Positions 19,937 to 30,145 of a stretch of DNA of 64,000 nt are shown piece by piece (within the stretch, counting starts at the first letter, position 1; each line of letters begins with the position of its first letter). The stretch is from Bdellovibrionales bacterium (GTDB lineage: Bacteria > Bdellovibrionota > Bdellovibrionia > Bdellovibrionales > UBA1609), in NCBI GenBank assembly GCA_965219095.1, contig OZ244719.1, positions 160,001 through 224,000 of the forward strand, given 5' to 3'. Both the position numbers and the translations under genes were made by a program. The notes under the pieces were generated by a model that did no database searches, was not told the origin of the DNA, and saw only the letters and a list, made by a program, of their open reading frames with translations.

Positions 19937-20626
19937 TTATGTTTTTACTATTCTTTGTTCAATTCTCTTTTCAGGTTTTGTGACAACAATTCTTTGAACA
20001 AAAACTCCTGGAGTATGAATTTGGTCAGGGTCAAGTTCTCCTAAAGGAACAATTTCTTCTACTTCTGCAATGGTGAGATGAGAAGCTTGGGCCATAATAG
20101 GATTAAAGTTTCTTGCTGTTTTCGAGTAAATTAAATTCCCATAGGGATCAGCTTTATAGGCTTTGATTAAAGAGGCGTCTGCTTTAATAGCTTTTTCTAG
20201 AACATAAGTTCTTTTGTCAAATTCTTTTATTTCCTTTCCCTCAGCCACTTTTGTTCCTACTCCTGTAGGTGTGTAGAAAGCAGGAATTCCTGCTCCTGCA
20301 GCACGAATTCTTTCAGCCAAAGTTCCTTGAGGACAAAATTCTACTTTTAACTCACCTTCCATGAATTGTTTTGCAAAAAGATCATTTTCTCCCACATAGC
20401 TTGAAATCATTTTTTTCACTTGTTTTGTTTGAAGCAAAAGCCCTAAGCCAAAATCAGTAACTCCTGCATTGTTAGAGACACAGGTTAAGTTTTTGACATT
20501 TTTTTCTTTTAAAGTCTCAATGAGTTTTTCAGGAATACCACAAAGACCAAAGCCTCCCACTAGTAAGGTCATATTATCATAAATATCATGGAGGGCTTCT
20601 AAAGGCGTTTCGTAGATTTTGTTCAT
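19937..20626 (-). CDS. scoA: 3-oxoacid CoA-transferase subunit A
   Basis: GGFGLCGIPE, PQGTLAERIRAAGAGIPAFYTPTGVGT. Confidence 0.92.
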   Translation of the reverse strand: MNKIYETPLEALHDIYDNMTLLVGGFGLCGIPEKLIETLKEKNVKNLTCVSNNAGVTDFGLGLLLQTKQVKKMISSYVGENDLFAKQFMEGELKVEFCPQGTLAERIRAAGAGIPAFYTPTGVGTKVAEGKEIKEFDKRTYVLEKAIKADASLIKAYKADPYGNLIYSKTARNFNPIMAQASHLTIAEVEEIVPLGELDPDQIHTPGVFVQRIVVTKPEKRIEQRIVKT

Positions 20627-20630
20627 TACT

Positions 20631-21797
20631 TTACTCCGTTCTTTCTACTAAGAGAGCTAGCCCTTCTCCACCTCCTAGACATATGGCTACAATGCCAAGA
20701 GGTTTTTGATATGTGTGAAGTACATGAACTAGCGTTGTAAGAATACGTGCTCCACTAGCTCCAATAGGATGACCTAAAGCCACAGCTCCCCCATGAATAT
20801 TCACTTTGCTTCTATCAAGATTCAATTTCTTTATGGTAGCTAAAGCCACACAACTGAAAGCTTCGTTGATCTCCCAAAAATCAATATCAGAGATTTTTAA
20901 ACTTTCCTGAGCTAAGAGCTTCTCAATAGCGAAAATAGGAGCTGTTGTAAACCAATGAGGATCTTGAGCGTAAGTGGCATGGGCTTTTATTTTTGCTAAA
21001 GCTTTGTTTGGATTTGTGGATAAAATAAGAGCAGAAGCTCCGTCATTGATTTTGCTTGCATTAGCTACTGTAATAGTTCCGTCCCTATTAAAAGCAGGTT
21101 TGAGTTTTGATATTTTTTCAAAATCCACTTGAAAGGGCAGTTCATCTTGTTCTACTAAAAAAGTTTTTTTTCTAGTTTTAACTTCAATAGGTGTAATTTC
21201 ATCTTTAAAAAACCCTTTTTTATGGGCTTGTTGAGCATATTTATAGCTTTCTTTAGCAAAACGATCTTGATCATCACGTGTTAGTTGAAACTCTTTTGCA
21301 CATTTTTCAGCAATTTCTCCCATATGGCTTTCTGTAGCAGGATCCAAAAGACCATCTTTTAAAATTCCATCCTCAACACTTTTATGTCCTAAACGAAAAC
21401 CCAAACGTGCTTCTGTAAGAAAATAAGGACTTTGACTCATGGACTCCTGTCCTCCTACAGCAACAGTTTCGTTATAACCTAAAAGAAGGGAATCATAACC
21501 TAGCATCACAGCTTTTAATCCTGAACCACAAACTTTATTGATAGTAAGGCAAGGGGTTTTAGAAGGGATCTGAGCTTGTAGAGCCGCTTGTCTAGCAGGA
21601 GCTTGACCTGAACCAGCTGTTAAAACTTGCCCCATAATGCATTCATCGATTGTTTCAGGATCTATACAAGCCTTTTTTAAACTTGATTTTAAGACAAAAG
21701 CCCCTAACTCAGGAGCTTTAAAGCTACTTAAGAGCCCTTGGAAACTACCTATAGGAGTTCTTTGGGCTGATGAAATAAATACTTCTTTTCTTAACAT
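20631..21797 (-). CDS. atoB: Acetyl-CoA acetyltransferase (thiolase)
   Basis: NKVCGSG, EINEAF, GHPIGASG, CLGGG. Confidence 0.93.
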   Translation of the reverse strand: MLRKEVFISSAQRTPIGSFQGLLSSFKAPELGAFVLKSSLKKACIDPETIDECIMGQVLTAGSGQAPARQAALQAQIPSKTPCLTINKVCGSGLKAVMLGYDSLLLGYNETVAVGGQESMSQSPYFLTEARLGFRLGHKSVEDGILKDGLLDPATESHMGEIAEKCAKEFQLTRDDQDRFAKESYKYAQQAHKKGFFKDEITPIEVKTRKKTFLVEQDELPFQVDFEKISKLKPAFNRDGTITVANASKINDGASALILSTNPNKALAKIKAHATYAQDPHWFTTAPIFAIEKLLAQESLKISDIDFWEINEAFSCVALATIKKLNLDRSKVNIHGGAVALGHPIGASGARILTTLVHVLHTYQKPLGIVAICLGGGEGLALLVERTE

Positions 21798-22035
21798 ATT
21801 TTCCTCCTTTTAAGTCAATTATGTCTTAAGGTTAAAAGTTTGTAAAGAATATAGTTGCACTCAATATCTTAGCAACTTTAAAAGCCTTTAGTTAAGATGT
21901 TCTGCACAAAGTTTTTTCGAGAAAGTACGAAAGTGAAGGCCTAAACTTAAGCTCTAAGGGGCTGAAACGTTCAAATCATAGATGTGTGAATTTTGAATTG
22001 TGGTTAGTATATGAACCAAATTTGATCTCCCATTT

Positions 22036-22929
22036 ATGTCTCATAGAGTTATTTTTGTGACAAGTTGTTTTAAAAGCTCATCAAGTGTAGCCTTTTATAA
22101 AAAAGGGGAGGATATGAAAAAGCATTATTTGCAACAATTTCTTTTAGTAAACCTAATAGGTTTTAGCTCCAGTTCTTTAACTGCTCAAATTGAATTAGAA
22201 AAGCTCTATGATGTGTCTCAAAAAGATTCTCTTGTTGAATTTGGAAAGAGCCATAAATCTTATTTTTTACCCGATGACATTCAAATCTTAGTTTGGAATA
22301 TTTACAAACAAAAAAAAACTTCCTTTTTTCACGATTATCGTAATTTACCCCACCCCTTTGATCTCGTTCTCATTCAAGAAGTTTATATGACTAATCATTT
22401 TTATGATTTTTTACTTTCTTTTCATGGTACGTCTTATGCACATGCCATTAGTTTTTTTACAAAAAAACATATTTCAACAGGAGTTATGACAGGAAGTCCA
22501 GTGAAATCTTTTAAAACTATTGTTCAGAGAACGAAAAAAAAGGAACCTATAGTAAGAACGCCTAAAACCCAAATTTTGACTTACTACGAATTAGCTCCTT
22601 TCTACGAACCTTTGCTTGTCATTAACATTCATGCTCTCAACTTTCGCACCTTTAGATCCACAAAAAAACAACTTAAAATGACAAGTAATTATTTAAAAGA
22701 TCACAAAGGGCCTATAATTTTTGCAGGTGATTTCAATAACTGGACTCAATCTCGTCAAAAAGTAGTGACAAAGTTTTTTTCTAAAAGGAAATTTCAAAAA
22801 GTAAAGTTTTCAAAAAAATTGATAACAGATCATGTTTATATAAGAGGACTTAAAGTCAATAGTAGCAAGTTTTTTAATTTAAAAGGATCCGATCACCCTG
22901 CTCTTGTAGTAAATTTATCTGTAAAATAA
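22036..22929 (+). CDS. Endonuclease/exonuclease/phosphatase (EEP) family protein; start may be ATG 22114
   Basis: WNIYK, LIQE, NIHALNF, AGDFNNW, DHVY, SDHPAL. Confidence 0.88.
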   Translation: MSHRVIFVTSCFKSSSSVAFYKKGEDMKKHYLQQFLLVNLIGFSSSSLTAQIELEKLYDVSQKDSLVEFGKSHKSYFLPDDIQILVWNIYKQKKTSFFHDYRNLPHPFDLVLIQEVYMTNHFYDFLLSFHGTSYAHAISFFTKKHISTGVMTGSPVKSFKTIVQRTKKKEPIVRTPKTQILTYYELAPFYEPLLVINIHALNFRTFRSTKKQLKMTSNYLKDHKGPIIFAGDFNNWTQSRQKVVTKFFSKRKFQKVKFSKKLITDHVYIRGLKVNSSKFFNLKGSDHPALVVNLSVK

Positions 22930-23135
22930 AAAAAGTTGCAGGTTTATTTTGAAATGAGGTTATTTTTCCAGAGAAAATAAAACCTAAGAGGTTACTCGAT
23001 TGAGAATTTTTCGAAACTAAAAATCTTTTCAAACAAAGAGAGATGTTAATAAAAAATCGAATTGTGTGATCCTGTAATTAAATTTTATGTACGCAGTAGG
23101 TCTTGAAAATAGCAACTTCAAAAACTAAGAAAAAA

Positions 23136-23325
23136 GCCTCCTCAAAAGAACCTCCGGTAACCCACAGATTCTTTTGAGGAGGCTTTCTTTTTGATAGACG
23201 CTTTCAGCGATTGAACTCAAAAATACAAGACAGGATGTCTTCCTCTTTACTTTCTTGCTTTCTTTGATATGACCTTTTTGGGGGATTTCTAGCTACTTTT
23301 TACCCACAGATTTTCGGGAGGAGCC
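23136..23325. mobile_element. ISL3 end remnants: end-to-end stub 23136-23183 and inverted left end to 23325
   Basis: Matches to the ends of the ISL3 at 56797-59714. Confidence 0.75.
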
Positions 23326-23344
23326 AGAAATTTTACAAGATTTT

Positions 23345-23415
23345 CGGTAAATAGAAAGAGCAAGTCACTGGTTTAAGCCATGATGGTGACCTTAAAATAC
23401 TTGTAAAAGGAGGTT
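23345..23415 (+). mobile_element. Diverged IS110-type left-end stub
   Basis: CGGTAAAT...GTCACTGGTTTAAGCCATGATGGTGACC, similar to 62876-62945. Confidence 0.7.
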
Positions 23416-23586
23416 GACTAAAGTTAAAAAGAAAGTGTCAGGTTGTTTCAGAACAGAAAAAGTGGCAAAATATTTTTGTCGTATTACCAGCTATGTTAAA
23501 ACCATGAGAAATAAAGGATATTCTTCTTTAGAGGCAATCACTATAGCTCTTAACAGAAAAACTCACAGTAAAGAGTGAGTAGTTAC
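23415..23586 (+). pseudogene. IS66-B-like 3' end and right TIR
   Basis: TKVKKKVSGCFRT...GYSSLEAI; ends GTGAGTAGTTAC. Confidence 0.85.
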
Positions 23587-24762
23587 ACAAGTTTTTTTAT
23601 TAATTTTTCTTTTTTCAAGTTCATCTGCAAAAGAGGAATCTTCTAAAAGAACAGTTCTCAAAACAGCTAAATAACAGACTGTTTCACCGTTTTTATCTTT
23701 AAGGCTAAGATCAACATCTTTATGATCAAGCAAAAGTTTAAACCATGACAAATTGTTTTTGTGGATAGCTTTCATAATGGGCGTTATCATGGTTTGAGAT
23801 TGAGAATCATTCACATTTACTCTCACTGTTTCTATAAGCCATCTTACATGTTGATCTTTATTTTTTTCCATAGCTAGTAACAAGGCTGTGTCCCCTGAAG
23901 TATTTTTTACTTCTTTATCAGCTCCTTTTGCTAAAAGCTTCTTAGCATAGTATAGATCGTCTGTTAACATAGAGATTAAAAAAGCTGTATAGCCTTGTTT
24001 TTGTGGATCTTGTGTTGAAAGTTCTAAATCTAGATTTTTGGCCTTTGCCATTAAAAGATCAAAGGCATCTTTGTATTCAAAATGAATAGACGTCATAAGA
24101 GCGGACCAACCGTAATGGTTGGTATGATTGAAATTTATTGCATGATTTATCAAATGGTCTATAGGTTGTTTGTTCATAATAGCTGAGAGTAAGACGTTAA
24201 ATCCTTCATGATCTGTTGCCTCTAAATTAGCACCTTTTGAAATTAAAAACACAGCCGACTTTACACTTCCTTGAAAACCTGCATAGGTGAGGGCTGTGTC
24301 TCCATTAATATCTTTTTTTTCTAATTCAATTTGTCCGGGATAAGAGTTCCATAAAAATTCCAGTACGTGTTGGTTGTCTTTATTTATGGCAGAGAAAGTG
24401 ACATCTTTTAAAGATTGATTGACTTGAAAGGGTTTTTTTATAAAGGGAGCTAAAAATTCAAGCCCTTTTATGCTTCCATGGTAAGCCATGGCCATAAAAA
24501 GAGTATTGCCTGATTTTTTACTTTGAGTGCTGGAGAGTTCGGGGCAAAATTTAATAAGTTTTTTAAACTGTTTCCACATTTCAGGACTGCGGTAATGAGG
24601 GCTGAAAGTACTATGATAAGATCTTATATACTTAAATCCTTGAGATAAGGCATCTTGTGTATTGCAAGGTGAAGCATATGTGAGGGATGATAGACTTAAG
24701 CTAAAAAGAACCCATGTTATAACTCTTAAAATATACGAGAGAAAAGCTTTCATAACAACCAT
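23563..24762 (-). CDS. Secreted ankyrin-repeat protein
   Basis: Signal peptide; repeats GNTLF, GDTALTYA, GWSALM, GYTAFL, GDTALLLA, TPIMKA. Confidence 0.9.
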   Translation of the reverse strand: MVVMKAFLSYILRVITWVLFSLSLSSLTYASPCNTQDALSQGFKYIRSYHSTFSPHYRSPEMWKQFKKLIKFCPELSSTQSKKSGNTLFMAMAYHGSIKGLEFLAPFIKKPFQVNQSLKDVTFSAINKDNQHVLEFLWNSYPGQIELEKKDINGDTALTYAGFQGSVKSAVFLISKGANLEATDHEGFNVLLSAIMNKQPIDHLINHAINFNHTNHYGWSALMTSIHFEYKDAFDLLMAKAKNLDLELSTQDPQKQGYTAFLISMLTDDLYYAKKLLAKGADKEVKNTSGDTALLLAMEKNKDQHVRWLIETVRVNVNDSQSQTMITPIMKAIHKNNLSWFKLLLDHKDVDLSLKDKNGETVCYLAVLRTVLLEDSSFADELEKRKINKKTCVTTHSLL

Positions 24763-24888
24763 GAGTTATATAATAGAATTCAATCTACAAAACAACTAAA
24801 AAGGCTATAAAACTCAAAAAAGCTTTTTGAGTTTTATGATGCACAGCTTGAAATATCAGCAATGTCTTGATATTAAAGGATGTTTTAT

Positions 24889-25137
24889 CCTGAATTTATC
24901 GGTTCGGAGCACAGTGCGTAGCTTCTAATTACCTAATATTACAAGGTTTTCAATTTTCAGGACACGCAACATTTTTCGTTATAGGTCAAGGGTTTAGGTG
25001 TTTTCTAGTCGATACGCAAGCTCCTGTCTTTGAATATCAAAAGCTTGGTAAATTTTCTTAGCCTCTTTTCGACAGTTCTTTTAGATATCATATATTTTTG
25101 TTTTGTTTTTGAATTCTTTAGAATCCACTTTTCCACC
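24889..25137 (-). mobile_element. IS1634-C 3' remnant
   Basis: Diverged reverse complement of 59870-60115. Confidence 0.85.
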
Positions 25138-25329
25138 CCACATAATTGATCTTCCCAAAGAAAAGCATTTAGAGTTCAAAAGACGTTGGAAAAAACTTCA
25201 TAGATTGGAAGATTATGAAAGTGCTAAAAAAGAACATAATAGTCTTCTGAAGTGGCTTAAAAAAATAAGTTCTGAAGCTTCAGAAAGTCTTAAAGAGGCC
25301 CATTTAGAAACATTGACAGTCCTTCGTTT
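25138..25329 (+). pseudogene. IS256-like transposase internal fragment
   Basis: DYESAKKEHNSLLKWLKKISSEASESLKEAHLETLTV. Confidence 0.6.
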
Positions 25330-25373
25330 TGATCTTTCCCCAAAAAAGTGGACAGTTTTTTGGGGAAAGTTCA
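25330..25373. mobile_element. 44-bp palindromic IS3-end mini element, copy 2
   Basis: TGATCTTTCCCCAAAAAAGTGGACAGTTTTTTGGGGAAAGTTCA. Confidence 0.75.
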
Positions 25374-25660
25374 ACCTCTCTATCTTTTTTTGAAAGGCTT
25401 TAAAGTTTGGGCGGCTCTTTATACTTATGATCTCATCGTTTAAGCCCCCTCTTTGACTAAGCTAGCTGTGAAACTTTTATCATCGACATCTAGGCCGATA
25501 TACATTATATTTTTCATTGGATGACCTCCTTTTTGTTGTTAATAGTAAGCTCCTTTTTATGAACTTACTTCTTAGATGAGTCTAACTCTTCTAATCAGGG
25601 TTTTTAAGTCCCAGCCTTTTTGAAAAGCTGGTCATCCATATTTTCTTTTTCTATTTACCG
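25374..25660 (-). pseudogene. IS110-B left end and transposase N-terminal fragment
   Basis: GGAGG RBS then YIGLDVDDKSFTASLV; left end begins CGGTAAAT like IS110-A. Confidence 0.7.
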
Positions 25661-25679
25661 AAAGACTTCCATTTTAAAC

Positions 25680-25943
25680 AATCATTTAGTATAGTCTTAA
25701 AAAACATCTCTTCCTTGCTTTGTTTTTTTCTATTTTAAGGCATTTTAAAGATTTTAATGTACACAGCAAATAAAATGAATATTTTTGAGTTCAATCGCCG
25801 GAGGCGATAAAGACCAATAAGGTCTCAAAGAACTCAAAAATACAAGACAGGATATCTTAACTCTTTTCTCTCTTCTTTTGCCTGATATGACCCTTTTGGG
25901 GGATTTCTAGCTACTTTTCACCCACAGATTCTTTTGAGGAGGC
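25680..25943 (-). mobile_element. ISL3 left-end remnant
   Basis: Diverged reverse complement of 56797-57080. Confidence 0.75.
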
Positions 25944-26000
25944 AGAAGATCTAAAAGCTAAGCATGTGAAAAGGTTTTACTGTAATAAAATTAAACTCTA
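25944..26000 (+). pseudogene. Diverged duplicate of the exonuclease 3' end
   Basis: GCTAAGCATGTGAAAAG(G/A)TTTTACTGTAATAAAATTAAACT shared with 33163-33205. Confidence 0.75.
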
Positions 26001-26148
26001 AATCCTTTAGAGGCATGTTGTTTTCAATTCTAATCATTAGATCAAAAAAAGTTGTCTGAATTTTCTACAAATTGAAGACTCTTCAAAGAACTGAAATTAG
26101 AGTTAGAAAGGTTCATTTCTGACAGCCCTCACATAAAGATATAATCCT

Positions 26149-27051
26149 TTAAGATGAAGATTTTTTATTCTGTAGCATTTTTTTGATTTTTTTAGCAATA
26201 CTTTCCAAATGAAAAAATTCATCTGTTTTTCTTATTTTAAAATCTTCTGTATTTTCATTTTCTTCTAGTTTATCGATAAACTTTTCAAAGGCATAGAGGG
26301 GACCTGCCATTCTGTGAGAAAGAATGCGAGATATAAACCAAAGAGTTAAGCAGAATTGAAAGGTAATAATAGTATAAGCTATAAAAAAAGGAGAAAAGAT
26401 GGAAAACCCAAGATCATTTTGCAAATGCTTTTCCAACATAACTTGAAAGTACGTATAAAAGAAAACCCCTGATATCACCGCAAAACTTGTACTAAAAAAA
26501 AGAGATGTCATCATGTACCGTATTTGAAAAGAAGAATTCACCCACTGATAACTACGACTCTCCTTTGATGGCCAAAATATTTTATAGTATTTCGCAATCC
26601 CTATGATAATAAAAAAACAACCTATCCATTGCATCAAGTCTGCTAAGTTAAAAATTCCTGTTTTGAAAAGCCTAAAATCAATCCAAACAAAATCCACAAT
26701 AGTTTCATAAAGAAGACGATCGGTTACATTGCCTATGATTCCTGAACCTAAAAAAGAAAGCCCCAGTCTTAAGTTAAAGGAGTGGATATGCAAAAAACTC
26801 TGAAGGGAGATGTAGATGAAGAGCAAAAAAAATCCTAAAGTGGTAAGGCAGACTTGTAAGAGGAAGTGAGGCATATTTTGAAATAGCCCTAGAATAACAC
26901 CTTTGTTAAAAACAACTTTAAAATGAATAGGCCCGTAACTATGAAGTTGCTCAAAGTATACAAGAGCTAATTTCTTTAAAGAGTAATCAAGAATCCAAGG
27001 AATAAAAAAAGCTATGAGTATAACAAACCAGTCTGTGTTTTTTAATTTCAT
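26149..27051 (-). CDS. lspA: Lipoprotein signal peptidase II with C-terminal membrane/HAMP-like extension
   Basis: GIIGNVTDRL, IVDF, IFNLAD; extension SHRMAGPLYAFEKF...RKTDEFFHL. Confidence 0.85.
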   Translation of the reverse strand: MKLKNTDWFVILIAFFIPWILDYSLKKLALVYFEQLHSYGPIHFKVVFNKGVILGLFQNMPHFLLQVCLTTLGFFLLFIYISLQSFLHIHSFNLRLGLSFLGSGIIGNVTDRLLYETIVDFVWIDFRLFKTGIFNLADLMQWIGCFFIIIGIAKYYKIFWPSKESRSYQWVNSSFQIRYMMTSLFFSTSFAVISGVFFYTYFQVMLEKHLQNDLGFSIFSPFFIAYTIITFQFCLTLWFISRILSHRMAGPLYAFEKFIDKLEENENTEDFKIRKTDEFFHLESIAKKIKKMLQNKKSSS

Positions 27052-27056
27052 AAGCT

Positions 27057-28601
27057 TCAGTAATTATTTTTTCCTTCTTTATAAGCCTTAATAAACGGCT
27101 CAAAACCTCCATCTGGGTGAGGCTTATAGTTCTTTACCTTCTTACTTACAACAGCTATAAATTTCTTATGCCACAAAGGTAATATGGGGATGTCATGTCC
27201 ATGAATTTTTTTCTGAATTTGACTATAGACTTTAAATCTCTCCTTGTAAGATATCTTTGAGTTTCCCTCTTCAATAAGACGGTCAACTTGAGAGTTGATA
27301 TAAAAACCTCTGTTTCTGCCTTTAGGTGGAATTTGTTGGCTATGAAGTGAGATTCTATAAATATCTGGATCTAAAATACCTACGAAAGAAGAAAAGGCTA
27401 AGTCAAATCGACCTTTTTTTAAATCACTATAATAAGTACCCCACTCAAAACTTTGAAGCTTCACAGGAATCCCGGCCTTTCTCATCTGTTCTATGAGTAC
27501 TTTTGCATTTCTCACAGTGGTAGAGTTATTTGAAGTTTTTAAAACAAGCGGCTTTAAGTTTAACTTTTCTAAGAGTTTTTTAGATTTTTCTAAGGAGTAA
27601 AAGATTTTTTTGATATCCTTTTCAAAAAAAGGATTTTTAGGGGGCAGAAGAGACGAAGCTTTTATAGCAAGCCCTTCTAAATTGTACTGAATGAGATCAT
27701 CCAGCCTTAAGCTATGTGCAATAGCTTGTCTTACTCTCCTTTGTTTTAAATCTTTATTCTTTAAATTAAACAGTAAATAAGTTGTACTTTGGCTTGGAGT
27801 TTTATAGATATTAAAATTTAAAGAAGATTTTGATTTTTCCAAGTTTTTTAACTTTGAAAGAGGTACATCTTCTTGAATGATATCTAAGTCTCCTTTTATA
27901 AGCTTTTGGTAACGTGTAAGATCATCTTTTATGAATTTAAAAATAAGTTTTTTGATTTTAGGAGGTTTATGGGGATGATCCGCTCTCCCCTTCAAAACGA
28001 GCTGCTGTTCATTTTGAGAGCCAAAAACAAAGCTACCACTTCCTACGATTGATTTATAGAAGTCCTTTCCATGCCTTACAACCTCTTTTTTAGGCAAAAT
28101 GCGGATTACAGGAAGGTCAGCTAAGAGAAACTTTGCAGAATACCGCTTTACATGAAGTCGTATAACAAAAAGTTTCTTTTCATTCCTTATAACTTCTACT
28201 TTTTTTATATCTTCAAAGGCTGAGTGAAAAATACTTTCAGGGTTTAAAAATTCGTTAAAGCTAAATAAGAGGTCCTCTTTTGTAAGCGGTTGTGAGTTAG
28301 AAAAGGAAATGTTAGGCTTTAAAACAAACTCCCATAGGTTTTCATTTTTCTTGTAAGCCCAAGACTGAGCTAAATCACCTTCTGGCTTTAAATCATCCCC
28401 TACTCTCACAAGTGAACTGAAAAGAAGGTTAGCTAAACGCCAACCTAAGGCATCTGTAGCAAACCGAGGATCTACTGTTTTAGGAGCTTTGCTCACCCCC
28501 ACCACAAGACTGCTATCTCGGTTATAAGATGACAAATTGCATGAAAGAAAAGTTAACGTAAATAGAAAGTAAAGGAAGTAAAGTATTTTTTTGCTTTGCA
28601 T
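27057..28601 (-). CDS. ABC peptide-binding lipoprotein (SBP family 5)
   Basis: Lipobox FLSC; TVDPR, GDLAQSW, VGSGSF, LPLWH. Confidence 0.9.
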   Translation of the reverse strand: MQSKKILYFLYFLFTLTFLSCNLSSYNRDSSLVVGVSKAPKTVDPRFATDALGWRLANLLFSSLVRVGDDLKPEGDLAQSWAYKKNENLWEFVLKPNISFSNSQPLTKEDLLFSFNEFLNPESIFHSAFEDIKKVEVIRNEKKLFVIRLHVKRYSAKFLLADLPVIRILPKKEVVRHGKDFYKSIVGSGSFVFGSQNEQQLVLKGRADHPHKPPKIKKLIFKFIKDDLTRYQKLIKGDLDIIQEDVPLSKLKNLEKSKSSLNFNIYKTPSQSTTYLLFNLKNKDLKQRRVRQAIAHSLRLDDLIQYNLEGLAIKASSLLPPKNPFFEKDIKKIFYSLEKSKKLLEKLNLKPLVLKTSNNSTTVRNAKVLIEQMRKAGIPVKLQSFEWGTYYSDLKKGRFDLAFSSFVGILDPDIYRISLHSQQIPPKGRNRGFYINSQVDRLIEEGNSKISYKERFKVYSQIQKKIHGHDIPILPLWHKKFIAVVSKKVKNYKPHPDGGFEPFIKAYKEGKNNY

Positions 28602-28651
28602 AATATCTCCTATTTTAAACTTCTTTCCCTTAGAATGGCTCTAAAACTTGC

Positions 28652-30145
28652 ATGATGTCAACAGTTCGTAACCTTTCTTTTATCTTTATGATTAGTTTTC
28701 TTCTTTATGTAGGAGAGGGCTTATCTTCGTCTTCTGATCCTTGTTGGATGTGTAGCCCTTCGATTAATAAACTTGCTTTAAGTCTTCAAAAGAAAGTTAA
28801 AGGAAGTAGTCTGAACTTAAAAAATCTGTCTTTTATGGTCACAGTGGTTGATGGATCGAGAAGCAAGACTTTCTTTTCTATCAATTCAGAGATCAAAAGA
28901 AATCCAGCCTCTTTATCTAAAATCCTAACAGCCACTGCGAGCCTTCGTTATTGGGGAGGTCGCAAAAAAGAAGCTCCTTTTGAAACCAGTCTTTGGACAA
29001 CAGGGCCTATTGAAAATGGTAAATTAAAGGGAGATCTTTATTTAAAGGGAGGGGGGGACCCTTCTTTTACACAAGAATCACTATGGAAGCTTATCGGTCA
29101 GTTAAAGTACTATAATATCCACATCCTAGAAGGTCATATTGCTATTGACGACTTTCTTTTTGACAGGAAATACTTCGAAAGAAGTCGTTTTCCCAAACGT
29201 TCCTCTCGTGCTTATGATGCTCCTACAAATGCTGCATCATTGTCTTGGAATACTTTTACCGTTCTTGTCGAACCGGCAGAAAAAGTCAATCAGCCTTGCA
29301 AAGTGTTCAAAGAATTTGACACTCCTTTTTTAAGAATTGTGAACAAAACCAAAACTGAAGTTAAAAAAACAAAGAACTCTAAAAAACTTCTTGTCATAAG
29401 ACGTCCTTTAAACCCCTATGGACATAAAGTTATCGTTGAAGGTTCATGTTATTTAGGAAAAAAAAGAACATCCTTTTACAGATCAGTTACAGATCCTGTG
29501 TCTTGGATGGGTTCTTTTGTAAAACAGTTTTTAACAGAAAAAAACATCAGATTTTTAAAGAATAAAATTTTACATAAAAAAACTCCTTCTCAAGCTCGTT
29601 TTCTTACTTCTGAAAAATCAAAACCCATCACCTTTCTTATTGATGACTTAATGAAGTACTCTAATAACAATATAGCAGAGAGCTTAGCTAAATCATTGTC
29701 CCTAGGTAACTCTTTAGAAGGAAATCTAAAAGAAGGAGTGAAAAAGATTCAAAAAATTCTCAAAGACACTATAGATCCAAAAACTTATGTTTTAAAGAAC
29801 CCCTCAGGTTACACTTATAAAAATCGCATCAGCGTTCAAACAATACAGTCTCTTGTTTTGAAACTCTATAAACAATCTCCCTATTCTATTGAATATTTAT
29901 TTTCACTCCCTGTAAGTGGCAGAAACGGAACTCTAAAGAAACGTCTAGAAAAGCTTCCGGGGCAAATTAGAGCAAAGACAGGTTTACTTAGGGGTGTTAC
30001 AGGTTTGTCTGGAATTCTTTCTCCTAAAAATCAAAACATTCATTTTATTTTTACTTTCATTTACAATGGTGTAAATAAGAAAGTTATAGATGCTAATCAA
30101 CTTTTTGATGAACTTCTTGTGCATCTCAGTCATGCCAAATTATAA
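28652..30145 (+). CDS. dacB: D-Ala-D-Ala carboxypeptidase/endopeptidase (PBP4, S13)
   Basis: PASLSK, GGGDPS, SNN, AKTG. Confidence 0.92.
   Translation: MMSTVRNLSFIFMISFLLYVGEGLSSSSDPCWMCSPSINKLALSLQKKVKGSSLNLKNLSFMVTVVDGSRSKTFFSINSEIKRNPASLSKILTATASLRYWGGRKKEAPFETSLWTTGPIENGKLKGDLYLKGGGDPSFTQESLWKLIGQLKYYNIHILEGHIAIDDFLFDRKYFERSRFPKRSSRAYDAPTNAASLSWNTFTVLVEPAEKVNQPCKVFKEFDTPFLRIVNKTKTEVKKTKNSKKLLVIRRPLNPYGHKVIVEGSCYLGKKRTSFYRSVTDPVSWMGSFVKQFLTEKNIRFLKNKILHKKTPSQARFLTSEKSKPITFLIDDLMKYSNNNIAESLAKSLSLGNSLEGNLKEGVKKIQKILKDTIDPKTYVLKNPSGYTYKNRISVQTIQSLVLKLYKQSPYSIEYLFSLPVSGRNGTLKKRLEKLPGQIRAKTGLLRGVTGLSGILSPKNQNIHFIFTFIYNGVNKKVIDANQLFDELLVHLSHAKL

Noticed and set aside
23186..23205. TTTTTGATAGAC, a possible fourth IS110-A right-end junction
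   Set aside because: Only about 12 bp match; the flank is loosely compatible with the guide but too short to count
25103..25393. 96-aa ORF as a novel gene (also 33858-34055, 56937-57245, 6898-7134)
   Set aside because: Chimeric read-through across IS junctions
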